Origin: a virus
Virus record (IMG/VR): IMGVR_UViG_3300033978_000477
Span: 21,452-85,451 of that record
Direction: 5' to 3' (one strand)
DNA: 64,000 nt
The number at the start of each line of letters is the position of its first letter. The first letter of the stretch is position 1. A program made the position numbers and the translations under genes. Shown piece after piece: positions 34,632 to 43,585 of this stretch. The notes below the pieces were generated by a model. The model was not told where the DNA came from, searched no databases, and saw nothing but the letters and a program-made list of their open reading frames with translations.

Positions 34632-34685
34632 TGGACCAGCGCCTCGGAGTTGAACCAAGGACAGGGCCGTAAACCTTCGCCAGTC
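34632..34685 (-). ncRNA. Minimal tRNA-like element (acceptor stem plus T-arm) in leader of recT-like gene
   Basis: GACTGGCG..CCTTGG-TTCAACT-CCGAGG-CGCTGGTC-CA; preceded by a GGCAGAC/GTCTGCC hairpin (34686-34713). Confidence 0.55.
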
Positions 34686-34788
34686 GGCAGACTCAACGGG
34701 CTCTCCGTCTGCCAGGGAATCAGTCAGGTGCGCTCGCATTGCGCAAGCGCCCATGTTCCTCGCGGTCTCACCCGCGCCCGTCGAAGTC

Positions 34789-34989
34789 CTACGCGACCTT
34801 GTCGCTCTTCCCGTCGCAGAGCCAGCACACCAGCCCGTCCGGCGTCTCGTACGTCGGCACCGGCTGCCCGCACTTGGCGCAACCCTTGTGCGCCGACGCG
34901 TACTGCCGCAGCGTCATCTCGCGCTGCGCCCTGTCGAGTCCCATGACATCGCGAACGTTCTGCCCATTGCTCGCTGCCCAAATCATCAC
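34789..34989 (-). CDS. Zinc-finger protein
   Basis: CAKCG..CWLC. Confidence 0.55.
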   Translation of the reverse strand: MMIWAASNGQNVRDVMGLDRAQREMTLRQYASAHKGCAKCGQPVPTYETPDGLVCWLCDGKSDKVA

Positions 34990-35339
34990 TTGCCTCCCAA
35001 CCGCTCAACCCGAGCGGCAATTGATTCTTCGACGGCTGCCCGTCGCTTGCGGCCAAGCTGGTAGAGCCCGACCAAAACATCCCGCGCTTGTCGCGGAGTC
35101 ACCCCGGCAACTTGCGCCAGCAACACCAAGTCCTCCGACGCCCGGAGTTCCGTCTCCAGTCGCACCTGGGCAGAAGACTTCTCCGCCGCTGCCAGCATCT
35201 CGTGAGCCTTGCGGTAGTCCTCAATCAGGGGCACCAGCGTTGCCGCCGATGCCTCCCGATGCCTCTGCGCGTCCCGCATCGCCCGCTCATGTGCGAGCGA
35301 GATTACGGCGCACGTGTCGTCTGCCTTGGGCCGGCGCAT
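34986..35339 (-). CDS. Hypothetical helical protein
   Basis: Coupled ORF. Confidence 0.5.
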   Translation of the reverse strand: MRRPKADDTCAVISLAHERAMRDAQRHREASAATLVPLIEDYRKAHEMLAAAEKSSAQVRLETELRASEDLVLLAQVAGVTPRQARDVLVGLYQLGRKRRAAVEESIAARVERLGGK

Positions 35340-35818
35340 CAGGCCGCCCGACGACCGTCAATTCGCATGTGGCTCTCGCTCACCAGCCGCCAGGTCACCG
35401 TGTGACCGGTGCCGACGAACACCCGGCGGTAGTGCTCCGCTGCCTTGGCTTCCGCCTCCTCGACAGAGCGCGCAATGAACTCGTCGATGTTCCCATTCAG
35501 GTACTGCGCAGTCGTCCGGACCTCGAAAACGAAGGCCCGCGGGCGCATCATGTCGCGCAGGAGGAACTTGCGCGTATCCGATACGGAGAGGGTTACCGAG
35601 CCGTCTTCGTGAATCTCAGCAAAGCCATGCTTGCCCTTGCCGTCAAAATCGAATGGGCTCAGCAGAACGCACCCGTTGCTCGCGCGCTCATCGCCAGCGA
35701 CGAACACCGGCACCCATTCACCGTAGACCGTCTGGCACTCCCACTGCCCCTCTCGGATGCACCGAGCAAGGTTCTCGCGTGGGAGTAGATTGCGCCGCGC
35801 CTTCTTGACCGTGTTCAT
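35339..35818 (-). CDS. Hypothetical protein
   Basis: RBS AAGGAGG before MNTVKK. Confidence 0.55.
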   Translation of the reverse strand: MNTVKKARRNLLPRENLARCIREGQWECQTVYGEWVPVFVAGDERASNGCVLLSPFDFDGKGKHGFAEIHEDGSVTLSVSDTRKFLLRDMMRPRAFVFEVRTTAQYLNGNIDEFIARSVEEAEAKAAEHYRRVFVGTGHTVTWRLVSESHMRIDGRRAA

Positions 35819-35997
35819 GCTGCCTCCTTCGCCCGTTCCGCTGCCAGTTGCCGCATCTCCGCGGCCATCTCCGTCCGCCCTTCTGACTCGTAGACGCTGG
35901 CCAGTCGCAGGGTCGACTCGGCCAAGCTCGCAAAGAACCGCTTCCGAGCCGCAGCTTGCAGCGCCTCGCGGTGACGTCGTTTCGCGCCGCGCCCCAT
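35815..35997 (-). CDS. Small basic hypothetical protein
   Basis: MGRGAKRRHRE...; coupled at both ends. Confidence 0.45.
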   Translation of the reverse strand: MGRGAKRRHREALQAAARKRFFASLAESTLRLASVYESEGRTEMAAEMRQLAAERAKEAA

Positions 35998-36308
35998 CAC
36001 GCCACCGCCTTCGGCGCCATGACGCCAACGCACTCGCTGACGCTGCTGGGCATCTCGTCCCAGTTGAAGGCGAGGATGCTGTAGTGCCGCGTCGCCGCCG
36101 GCTCATCGGGCTCTTCGCCGATCTCGGAGACCGAGTGACTGACGTTGATGCCCGTGAGCGCCCGGCCGATGCTCTCGACAATGGCCATCACATCGGCCCT
36201 GCTGGCCGCGTAGATGACGAACCCGACGTTGCCGGCGTCGATGCTGCACGGCAGGCCGGCGGCCTTGTAGAGCGCTTCCAACCGAGACTCAGCAGCGGAC
36301 TTCTTCAT
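35997..36308 (-). CDS. Hypothetical protein, first gene of leftward early operon
   Basis: RBS GGGGAG; downstream of promoter/operator. Confidence 0.55.
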   Translation of the reverse strand: MKKSAAESRLEALYKAAGLPCSIDAGNVGFVIYAASRADVMAIVESIGRALTGINVSHSVSEIGEEPDEPAATRHYSILAFNWDEMPSSVSECVGVMAPKAVA

Positions 36309-36363
36309 CGCAAACTCCCCAGCTTCTGCGGCCCGGCCCCATCGCCGCGCCCCATGAGTGTAT

Positions 36364-36391
36364 TCTTACGTCCGAATTCTGACGTGCGCAA
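36364..36391 (-). promoter_or_regulatory. Leftward early promoter (pL-like) with two operator-like boxes
   Basis: TTGCGC-N17-TAAGAA(T); TCTTACGTCCGA (36364-75) and TCTGACGTGCGC (36378-89) resemble the palindrome TCTGACGTCAGA. Confidence 0.55.
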
Positions 36392-36503
36392 GGGGACGGA
36401 AGAAAAAAAGTAAGAAAAGTGACATTCGCCGCTTTTCGACGCGAAACCTTGGCTGGGGTTCGGTCGACAGGGGCATTGACCGGCCAGGCCGGGAAGGGGT
36501 CCA

Positions 36504-37115
36504 ATGCGGGGAATGAATGTGGAGGGGTTTGCGGCCTACTTGCGCCGCAAAGCGGGCATCAGGGCAACCGAACTGGTGATGGCGCCGACCATCGTGGCCC
36601 GGCTCATGGGCGATGGCGCGCTGGGTCTTGCCCCAGGTCTTGCGTCCGCCGCCTGCCTGACTGCCATGGGGGGCCGGCACGTCATCCTTTTGCGGGAGTT
36701 CTCACATGATTCGAACTTCGACATCATGCACGAGTGCGCCCATTGGGCGCTGCGCGTTGTATGGGGGCGACCATCTGACGACACTGAGCGGAACGCTAAC
36801 GCGCTCGCCGCCGCTATCCTGGCTCCACCTCAGCTGCTGCTGTCAGCTCATCGAAAGCATCGTTCGCTCCAAGCCATGTCCAACGAACTGATGTTGTCGC
36901 AGACGGCTACATTCCTTCGCCTTGGTGAGGTCCTGCGGGACGAGCGCGCGGTCGTCACCCGTTCCGGGAATGTGCTCGTCCGGACGCAGGGCGCCTTCCC
37001 ATGGGCCTCGGTGCCCGTGGTTGATGTGGCCCGTGGCAGGCGCTGGCCGGGGCTTTCTAGAGCCCACCTGCGCGGCGGCATCGACGACGGGCGCGTTGCG
37101 CTGAGGGTTGGCTAG
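36504..37115 (+). CDS. ImmA/IrrE-family metallopeptidase (anti-repressor type)
   Basis: FDIMHECAH..ERNANALAAAILAP. Confidence 0.8.
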   Translation: MRGMNVEGFAAYLRRKAGIRATELVMAPTIVARLMGDGALGLAPGLASAACLTAMGGRHVILLREFSHDSNFDIMHECAHWALRVVWGRPSDDTERNANALAAAILAPPQLLLSAHRKHRSLQAMSNELMLSQTATFLRLGEVLRDERAVVTRSGNVLVRTQGAFPWASVPVVDVARGRRWPGLSRAHLRGGIDDGRVALRVG

Positions 37116-37116
37116 T

Positions 37117-37707
37117 TCACTCGTTTGCTGGACTCGCGGACACGAACGAGTCTACGGGCAGGATGGCCCCGATGCGCATGAACTCGAACGCGCCTCTGAC
37201 GTTGGCGGTGATGGCGTTGCATCCGTTCGGGCGGCCGGCGTAGATGCCGTTGTCGAACCGCGGGCCAACCTCGTGCAGCGTCTTGCCGTCAAGGACGTAC
37301 TTCGGCGCAGCGATGCCCTTGATTTGGTAGTACAGCGGCTCGCCGGTGCAGTCCGATTTTGCCCAGTAACTCTCGGTGAAAACCGCGAACTCTGGGACGC
37401 AATGGTAGTCCCCGAGGGCTTGCGTGAACACACACGCTTCGGTGCGCTGTAGGTCGACGAACCCAAGGAACTGACGCGACCCATCGGCACCGATGAGGTA
37501 TCGAACTCTCAGTCGAGAACCGGACCTGTACCACTCGTCCGCCATCGCGTTGTTGACCACCGGCTTTCCAGCTTCAGCCGTTGCGTTCGGCGCTCCACCA
37601 TCCTGCGAAGAACCCATGTCGCGGTCGGTTGCCGCTTCGCATGCGGCCATGGCGTAGTAGACCGCAGCGCCCGCAACCAGCGTCTTGCCTGCGCGACCGA
37701 ACGTCAT
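37117..37707 (-). CDS. Lipoprotein of myxobacterial type
   Basis: Signal plus MAAC lipobox; SGSRLRVRY..GADGSR..D..R.EAC motif. Confidence 0.6.
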   Translation of the reverse strand: MTFGRAGKTLVAGAAVYYAMAACEAATDRDMGSSQDGGAPNATAEAGKPVVNNAMADEWYRSGSRLRVRYLIGADGSRQFLGFVDLQRTEACVFTQALGDYHCVPEFAVFTESYWAKSDCTGEPLYYQIKGIAAPKYVLDGKTLHEVGPRFDNGIYAGRPNGCNAITANVRGAFEFMRIGAILPVDSFVSASPANE

Positions 37708-37883
37708 CGGCCACCCGCATCAGCAACTGCCCGCTCAAGAGCTTCGCGGGCCTCCTTCGAATCACGGATCGCTTTCTCCGCTGAGGCGTGCGCCGCAGCC
37801 GACTTTGCCCGCTGTTCCTCCCTGTCGCAGCCGACGACGGCCACCAGACAACAGACGGCAATGGTTGTCTTGAGCGCGTTCAT
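37704..37883 (-). CDS. Small lipoprotein
   Basis: MNALKTTIAVCCLVAVVGC lipobox. Confidence 0.6.
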   Translation of the reverse strand: MNALKTTIAVCCLVAVVGCDREEQRAKSAAAHASAEKAIRDSKEAREALERAVADAGGR

Positions 37884-38458
37884 TTCTTCGACCCTTCCTG
37901 ATCGTTCCTGGACTTCTTGATTCGTCTTTCCGCATTGTCTGGCTGGACAATGGTCACCTTCAGCCGCTCGCCGATGTCGCCGCGCCGAAGTTGCTTGATG
38001 TGGTCGTAGACCTTTGCGGCGTTCGACTCTGCTTCCCTGGCCGGACTCGCGCGCAGACGAAGCATGTCTTGCACCGTGACGTCTCGATACGTTGCAGCCG
38101 CAGCCGAGATCGCCGGGTTGCCGTGGAACCATGCGAGGAATGACTGCATCGGCACCGGCTCACTCCCCCCATCGACAGTGGGGCTTGGGCCAGACGTGAA
38201 ATCGTCCAGCGTGATCTGCCCACGCAAGTAGGCGTTCGCCCGCTCCGCGGATGCCCCCACGGTCGCGCCGATGCCGAGCAGCCACTTCGACGTTTTGCAT
38301 GCGTTATGGCCGTTGAGGGCGGTGTTCATCTCGGTCCGGCGCACGCCGACCCGTTCCGCAAAGTCCTCCTGCCGCCCCCCAATGTGGTCGAGGAGTGCCC
38401 TAAGTCTCCCGCCAACCTCTGGAAACTTTGGGTCTGATGCCGTCTTCCGTGCAGCCAT
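37880..38458 (-). CDS. XRE-family HTH repressor (CI-like)
   Basis: GGRLRALL..RQEDFAERVGVRRTEMNTALNG; divergent from Cro-like gene; start could be 38476. Confidence 0.75.
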   Translation of the reverse strand: MAARKTASDPKFPEVGGRLRALLDHIGGRQEDFAERVGVRRTEMNTALNGHNACKTSKWLLGIGATVGASAERANAYLRGQITLDDFTSGPSPTVDGGSEPVPMQSFLAWFHGNPAISAAAATYRDVTVQDMLRLRASPAREAESNAAKVYDHIKQLRRGDIGERLKVTIVQPDNAERRIKKSRNDQEGSKK

Positions 38459-38504
38459 ATCCGGATGGTCAACCATCAGCGAAGACAAGGGCAACCGACC
38501 TTTT

Positions 38505-38544
38505 TCTGACGCCAGACTTGACGCGTACGGAATCTTACGTCAGT
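38505..38544 (+). promoter_or_regulatory. Rightward promoter/operator region (pR-like)
   Basis: TCTGACGCCAGA (38505-16) and TCTTACGTCAGT (38533-44) flank TTGACG (38518-23). Confidence 0.55.
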
Positions 38545-38545
38545 A

Positions 38546-38902
38546 ATGAGACCCATGCGCGGTGAGATTCGTCGGAAGGTTCGTGGTCCCAGGTCAGATG
38601 GCGCTCGTGAGACGGACCGATACCTGCGCGAGCGCGGGATTTCGGTGCCTGTTTTTTGCGCTGAGAACGCCATCAACTGGCCAACTCTTCGCGCATTGAT
38701 GGCCGGTGAGTCCCATCGGGCCTCGGTGGACATCTGCCTTGCGGTGCAGGCCGCGACGGCTGGCCGTGTAACCGCCGAGATGTGGCGCGAGTCCACGGTG
38801 AGGGATGACATCCCTGGCGAGACAGATGTGGCGCCTGCGGCCGTTGCAAGCGGCACCAGCGTTGCTGCCGCCGTCTCTCTGCCGCCCACCGGCACCAAGT
38901 AA
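38546..38902 (+). CDS. Cro-like HTH protein
   Basis: YLRERGISVPVFCAENAINWPTLRALMAGE..AVQAATAGRVTAEMW. Confidence 0.65.
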   Translation: MRPMRGEIRRKVRGPRSDGARETDRYLRERGISVPVFCAENAINWPTLRALMAGESHRASVDICLAVQAATAGRVTAEMWRESTVRDDIPGETDVAPAAVASGTSVAAAVSLPPTGTK

Positions 38903-38909
38903 CTCACCC

Positions 38910-38941
38910 GCCCGCATGCTCCGCGCTGCGGGCTTTTCTTT
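38910..38941 (+). terminator. Intrinsic terminator after cro-like gene
   Basis: GCCCGCA-loop-TGCGGGC-TTTTCTTT. Confidence 0.7.
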
Positions 38942-38965
38942 GATCGATCGCGGGAGAGGTTTGTC

Positions 38966-39217
38966 ATGTCGGTACCCAAGGACCGTGACTCGGAACGGGA
39001 GCGCGCGAAATCTGCACACCTGCCACGCCTCACGCGTGAACAGGTGCGCACTCGTCTCCTTCTGGCTCGCTCTGCCCCCGACCTTTACGTCGGATTGGCG
39101 CGCACCAAGACGCGCGAAGTCCACCTTTCCTGCGGGCATTCGGTGCTTGTTTCCTCGCGCGAAACAGCTCACCCGACTTGCCCGATGTGCTCCGCGAAAT
39201 CGTCAGAGGTCGGCTAA
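38966..39217 (+). CDS. Zinc-ribbon protein
   Basis: RBS GGAGAGG; LSCGH..CPMC. Confidence 0.55.
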   Translation: MSVPKDRDSERERAKSAHLPRLTREQVRTRLLLARSAPDLYVGLARTKTREVHLSCGHSVLVSSRETAHPTCPMCSAKSSEVG

Positions 39218-39726
39218 TGGACCTCTCCGTTTCGTCGCTTTTGTCCGCCCTTTGCTCACCTGCCAACAAGCGCAGCAGTTCGGGTGTCCATGTGACTCCA
39301 CGCCCCATTGGCCATCAGAACGGCGGGGCATTCGACACCCCAGTCGGTTGCAAGTGCCATGTCTTTCGGCCTGCCGGTGAGGCGCTGAGTGGCGCTCGGC
39401 TCGTGTGCCCGATGCATGGGGGTGCGTCGTGAGCAAAGCCCTCGCTGCGCTTGATGGCGCATCCGACACATTCACCCTGGCCCTATGCGGCATTTTCATT
39501 CTGTTCCTGATCTCTCAGGAGATCGAAAGGCGGTTTCGTTCATGAACTCTTGGCTCGTGTATCTCTCTGATGCTTGGCTCGAAGCGCTCCGCGCTGCCGC
39601 CGCCTGGTGCCATCTTTGGTCGCTCGAACTGGCGTGCATCACGGAGCAGTGGCAGCGTCGCGAGCACTCGTTTGAGGACGACACCGACGTCCCTGGCTGG
39701 CCCGTTCCGCCGGTTGAAGGTGTCCA

Positions 39727-39909
39727 ATGAAGCCGGACCTGTCTGCCGCTCTGCGGAGAGAAGAGGGGTTTTGGCAGGCGTTCCGCATTGCCAGTGGATC
39801 GAAGTCGTTCGGGCCAGAAGAGACAGACGCTGTCTGTCGGGAATGGCTTGAGGCGCGTAGCGAGCGGATTGAGCTTGAGGCTCGGCTGAAGCGGATGGGG
39901 GCGTCATGA
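39727..39909 (+). CDS. Hypothetical protein
   Basis: ATGA-coupled to helicase. Confidence 0.5.
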   Translation: MKPDLSAALRREEGFWQAFRIASGSKSFGPEETDAVCREWLEARSERIELEARLKRMGAS

Positions 39910-41333
39910 GCTACGAGGACTTCGTTGCTGGCAAGTTGACTCGCGCGTTGCCAACCGGACTCGGTGATATTCCTGAGCTTCACGATTCTCTGTTTGGGTT
40001 TCAGCGCGACATCGTTAGATGGGCTCTGAAGCGTGGCCGTGCCGCGGTCTTCGCGGACACTGGTCTTGGCAAGACCGCAATGCAGCTTGAGTGGGCTCGC
40101 CATATCCCGGGCGACGTACTCATCCTCACCCCGCTAGCGGTCGCCACGCAGACCGCGCGAGAGGGTCAACGCATCGGCGTAGACGTCACCGTGTGCAAGT
40201 CCGGAGACGATGTTCGTCCAGGCGTCAACGTCATCAACTACGAGCGCATTCACCTCATCGACCCGTCTCGCTTCACCGGCGTTGTGCTGGACGAAAGCAG
40301 CATCATCAAACACTACGCGTCCAAAACGCTTGGGCAGTTGATGGCGGCGTTCTCGCAAACGCCATTCAAGCTATGCGCAACCGCGACCCCGAGCCCAAAC
40401 GACTACACGGAGCTTGGTACACACGCTGAGTTCCTTGGCATCTGCACGCGTCAGGAGATGCTCGCAGAGTTCTTCTGTCATGACGGCGGGGAGACGCAGG
40501 GATGGCGACTGAAGGGGCACGCTAAGGCCACCTTCTGGCGTTGGGTTGCGTCGTGGGCTGCGCTGATTCGAAAGCCGAGCGACCTTGGCTACGACGACGG
40601 CGGCTACGCGCTTCCACCGCTCGTAGTGACCAATCACACGATCCCAGCAGACGCTGCGACTGTCGCCGCTTCCGGGCTTCTGTTTGCGGAAGAGGCGTCC
40701 ACTCTGACGGAGCGCCGAGATGCCCGCCGCGGAAGTCTCAATGCTCGGGTTCTGGCCGCAGTGTCAGCGATGACGATGTGCACATGCGAGGAGAAGAGTG
40801 CGCCATGTACTTGCGACGCAAGTGAGAGGTGGATTGTTTGGTGCGACCTCAATGTCGAACAGGACATGCTTGAGTCTCTCCTCGGAGAGGAGTGCATATC
40901 GATCTACGGGTCGCTGGATTCCGATGAGAAGGAACGCAGGATGGAATCTTTCCTGGCCGGTGGAGCCAGGATTCTCATTGGGAAGCCATCAATATTTGGG
41001 TTCGGGCTGAACCTTCAGATGCTGGCCCGCATGGCCTTCGTAGGCGTCACCGACTCTTGGGAAGCCTACTACCAGGCCGTGCGCAGGGAGTGGCGGTTCG
41101 GCCAACTGCGGGACGTTCACGTCCACATCTTCTCCTCCGAGCTTGAAGGGGCGGTCATCGCAAACCTTCGAAGGAAAGAGGCCGATGCATTGAGCATGGC
41201 CGAGGAGTTGTCGGCAGAGACGAGGGATGCGGTGCGCGCCGAGGTTGGCGGGCAGACGCGAACAACGAACACGTACGACCCGCAGCTTCGCATGGTCGTG
41301 CCTGCATGGATTTGTCAGGAGGTTACGTCGTGA
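39906..41333 (+). CDS. SNF2-like/SF2 helicase
   Basis: DTGLGKT, LDESS, TATPSPND, GFGLNLQ, QAVRREWRFGQ. Confidence 0.9.
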   Translation: MSYEDFVAGKLTRALPTGLGDIPELHDSLFGFQRDIVRWALKRGRAAVFADTGLGKTAMQLEWARHIPGDVLILTPLAVATQTAREGQRIGVDVTVCKSGDDVRPGVNVINYERIHLIDPSRFTGVVLDESSIIKHYASKTLGQLMAAFSQTPFKLCATATPSPNDYTELGTHAEFLGICTRQEMLAEFFCHDGGETQGWRLKGHAKATFWRWVASWAALIRKPSDLGYDDGGYALPPLVVTNHTIPADAATVAASGLLFAEEASTLTERRDARRGSLNARVLAAVSAMTMCTCEEKSAPCTCDASERWIVWCDLNVEQDMLESLLGEECISIYGSLDSDEKERRMESFLAGGARILIGKPSIFGFGLNLQMLARMAFVGVTDSWEAYYQAVRREWRFGQLRDVHVHIFSSELEGAVIANLRRKEADALSMAEELSAETRDAVRAEVGGQTRTTNTYDPQLRMVVPAWICQEVTS

Positions 41334-42235
41334 ACGAACAGGTAAAGGTTTTGTCGCAGTCGGTTTCGGAGCGCTTTGCGCTGTACCACGCGGACTGCGT
41401 TGATGTGCTTCGTGGGCTGCCGAGCGATTCTGTCCACTACTCGATCTTCTCCCCGCCGTTCGCGTCGCTCTACACGTACTCGAACTCCCCTCGCGACATG
41501 GGGAACGTCAAAGGTGATGGCGAGTTCTTCGCTCACTTCGCATTCGCCATCGATGAGCTGTTCAGGGTCATCAAGCCCGGTCGGTTGCTGTCGATGCACT
41601 GCATGCTCATTCCGTCCATCAAGGAGCGCGACGGCTACATCGGTCTGCGCGACTTCCGTGGCGATCTGATTCGAGCCTTCCAGAAGGCTGGATTCATTTT
41701 TCACTCGGAGGTCGTGATCTGGAAGGACCCCGTCACTGCCATGCAGCGGACGAAGGCGCTTGGATTGCTGCACAAGACCATCCGCAAGGACTCTTCGATG
41801 TCTCGCCAGGGCATCCCCGACTACCTCGTGACGATGCGTAAGCCCGGCGTCAACGATGAGCCCATCGCACACACCCACGAAGACTTCCCCGTGAGCCTTT
41901 GGCAGCGGTACGCGTCTCCGGTGTGGATGGACATCAACCCGTCCGACACGTTGCAGTATCGCAGTGCTCGCGAGAACGATGACGAGCGGCACATCTGCCC
42001 GCTGCAACTCGAAGTCATCCGCCGCGCGATGAAGCTCTGGACCAACCCCGGCGACCTGGTTCTGTCCCCGTTCGCCGGCATCGGGTCCGAGGGCTACGTG
42101 GCCCTTGAGGAAGGCCGCCGCTTCGTCGGCGCAGAACTCAAGACATCTTACTACGAGCAGGCTGCGCGCAACCTTGCGTCCGTAGCCAACGGGCGTCCTC
42201 AAACGTCAATGTTTGCTGAGGTGGTGAGCCAGTGA
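41330..42235 (+). CDS. N4-C/N6-A DNA methyltransferase
   Basis: SPPF catalytic motif, HICPL, SPFAGIGS SAM motif; ends QTSMF. Confidence 0.9.
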   Translation: MNEQVKVLSQSVSERFALYHADCVDVLRGLPSDSVHYSIFSPPFASLYTYSNSPRDMGNVKGDGEFFAHFAFAIDELFRVIKPGRLLSMHCMLIPSIKERDGYIGLRDFRGDLIRAFQKAGFIFHSEVVIWKDPVTAMQRTKALGLLHKTIRKDSSMSRQGIPDYLVTMRKPGVNDEPIAHTHEDFPVSLWQRYASPVWMDINPSDTLQYRSARENDDERHICPLQLEVIRRAMKLWTNPGDLVLSPFAGIGSEGYVALEEGRRFVGAELKTSYYEQAARNLASVANGRPQTSMFAEVVSQ

Positions 42236-42660
42236 AGCACATCCCCCTAATCCTCCTCTCCCTTCGCCTTCTTGGCGCGAAGACCGATGACGCACTGGCG
42301 TTCCGCATCGAGCTGGCCCAGGCCATCGTAGACGCCGACACCACCGCTCACGAGGCTCGCATCCTGATGAGCATTGCCCGCTGGGAGAGTGGGTATCGGC
42401 GCGACGTTGCCAACTGCACGGTCAACGGGGACGCCAACAAGGCCTATGGCCCCTTCCAGGTTCAAACCCGCTCCGCCAAGGAACGCGAGTGCATCTGCGG
42501 CTCCCTCGTTTGCGCCGCCCAGGTGGCCGTCAAACGCATCCGTGAGTCGTACGCCTTGTGCTCGTACCTGCCGGAGCAAGAGAAGCTCGCAGGGTACACC
42601 TCTGGCGGTTGCAGTGGCCGCAAGGCGAAGGCCATGGCCCGCACTCGATGGGTGCCTTGA
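42232..42660 (+). CDS. Lytic-transglycosylase (SLT)-like protein
   Basis: SIARWESGY..AYGPFQV..LAGYTSG; hydrophobic N-terminus. Confidence 0.5.
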   Translation: MKHIPLILLSLRLLGAKTDDALAFRIELAQAIVDADTTAHEARILMSIARWESGYRRDVANCTVNGDANKAYGPFQVQTRSAKERECICGSLVCAAQVAVKRIRESYALCSYLPEQEKLAGYTSGGCSGRKAKAMARTRWVP

Positions 42661-42920
42661 TGCTGGAAGCATTCGCATGGTTCGCCGGTGGCGCCATCGC
42701 CTGCTGGTCATTCATCCCAAGCCGCCGCGACGTTGAGTTCTCCCTGCGCGCCGCCATCAAGCAGCGCCTCTGGAACGAGGCCGTTGCTGCGTTCGATGAC
42801 GAGGATTCCGGCCAGCGCGCATGGGCGCTTGTCGACGCCATCTGCGTCGTCGACGGCGAGCCGATGCGAAGCGAGACGTTCGAAGAAGAAGACACCGAAG
42901 AGGAGAACGAAGACCAATGA
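42660..42920 (+). CDS. Hypothetical membrane-anchored protein
   Basis: N-terminal hydrophobic segment; coupled. Confidence 0.45.
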   Translation: MLEAFAWFAGGAIACWSFIPSRRDVEFSLRAAIKQRLWNEAVAAFDDEDSGQRAWALVDAICVVDGEPMRSETFEEEDTEEENEDQ

Positions 42921-43576
42921 CCCAAGAGACCAATCCAGTGACCTTTGCCGACGTGGCCGAGGCCAGCGCACGCAACGAAGCCGCTGCCGAACTCGAGACC
43001 AAGAAGGCAGCCCGTCCGCCGCGCTTCTTCACCCAGCCGATGCCGGTGAAGCTCACCCCCGAAGAGGGCGCCGACATCGCCAAGGAACTGGCGGAGAACC
43101 ATGCCGAGATCGAGAAGATCAAGGCGGAGAAGAAGGCCGCCAACGACGACTTCAAGTCCCGCATCAACGTCTGCGAAGTCCGGACGGGCGAACTCTGCGA
43201 GGCCATCACCACCGGCTCGGTGAAGCGACCGACCCAATGCCGCGAGGACTATATCTTCGAGACCGGCACCGTCCGCATCACTCGCCTCGACACCGGCGAG
43301 GTGGTCACTGAGCGCGCGATGCTGGCCTCAGAACGGCAGCCGAGCCTCCCGGGCATCCCGGCCGCCGAAGAGTCCGATGAGGACGTCACGGAGGCGTCTG
43401 GCGAGGATGACGACGAAGACGGGGATGGGTTCGACCACTCCGACAAGGACGAGGACGAGGACGAAGACGATGACGATGACGACGAGACGGACGTGGACAG
43501 CGGCGCGGCCATCACCGACCCGGAAGCGGTGCTTGGCGAGAGCCCGGCGGCCAAGAAGACCCGGAAGAAGGGCTGA
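42917..43576 (+). CDS. Hypothetical protein with long acidic tract
   Basis: Coiled coil; RLDTGEVVTERAM..ERQPSL; poly-D/E. Confidence 0.6.
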   Translation: MTQETNPVTFADVAEASARNEAAAELETKKAARPPRFFTQPMPVKLTPEEGADIAKELAENHAEIEKIKAEKKAANDDFKSRINVCEVRTGELCEAITTGSVKRPTQCREDYIFETGTVRITRLDTGEVVTERAMLASERQPSLPGIPAAEESDEDVTEASGEDDDEDGDGFDHSDKDEDEDEDDDDDDETDVDSGAAITDPEAVLGESPAAKKTRKKG

Positions 43577-43585
43577 GTAGCGCAC

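Noticed and set aside
43375-43500. GACGA(G/T)-rich repeats as a regulatory repeat
   Set aside because: They simply encode a poly-D/E tract.
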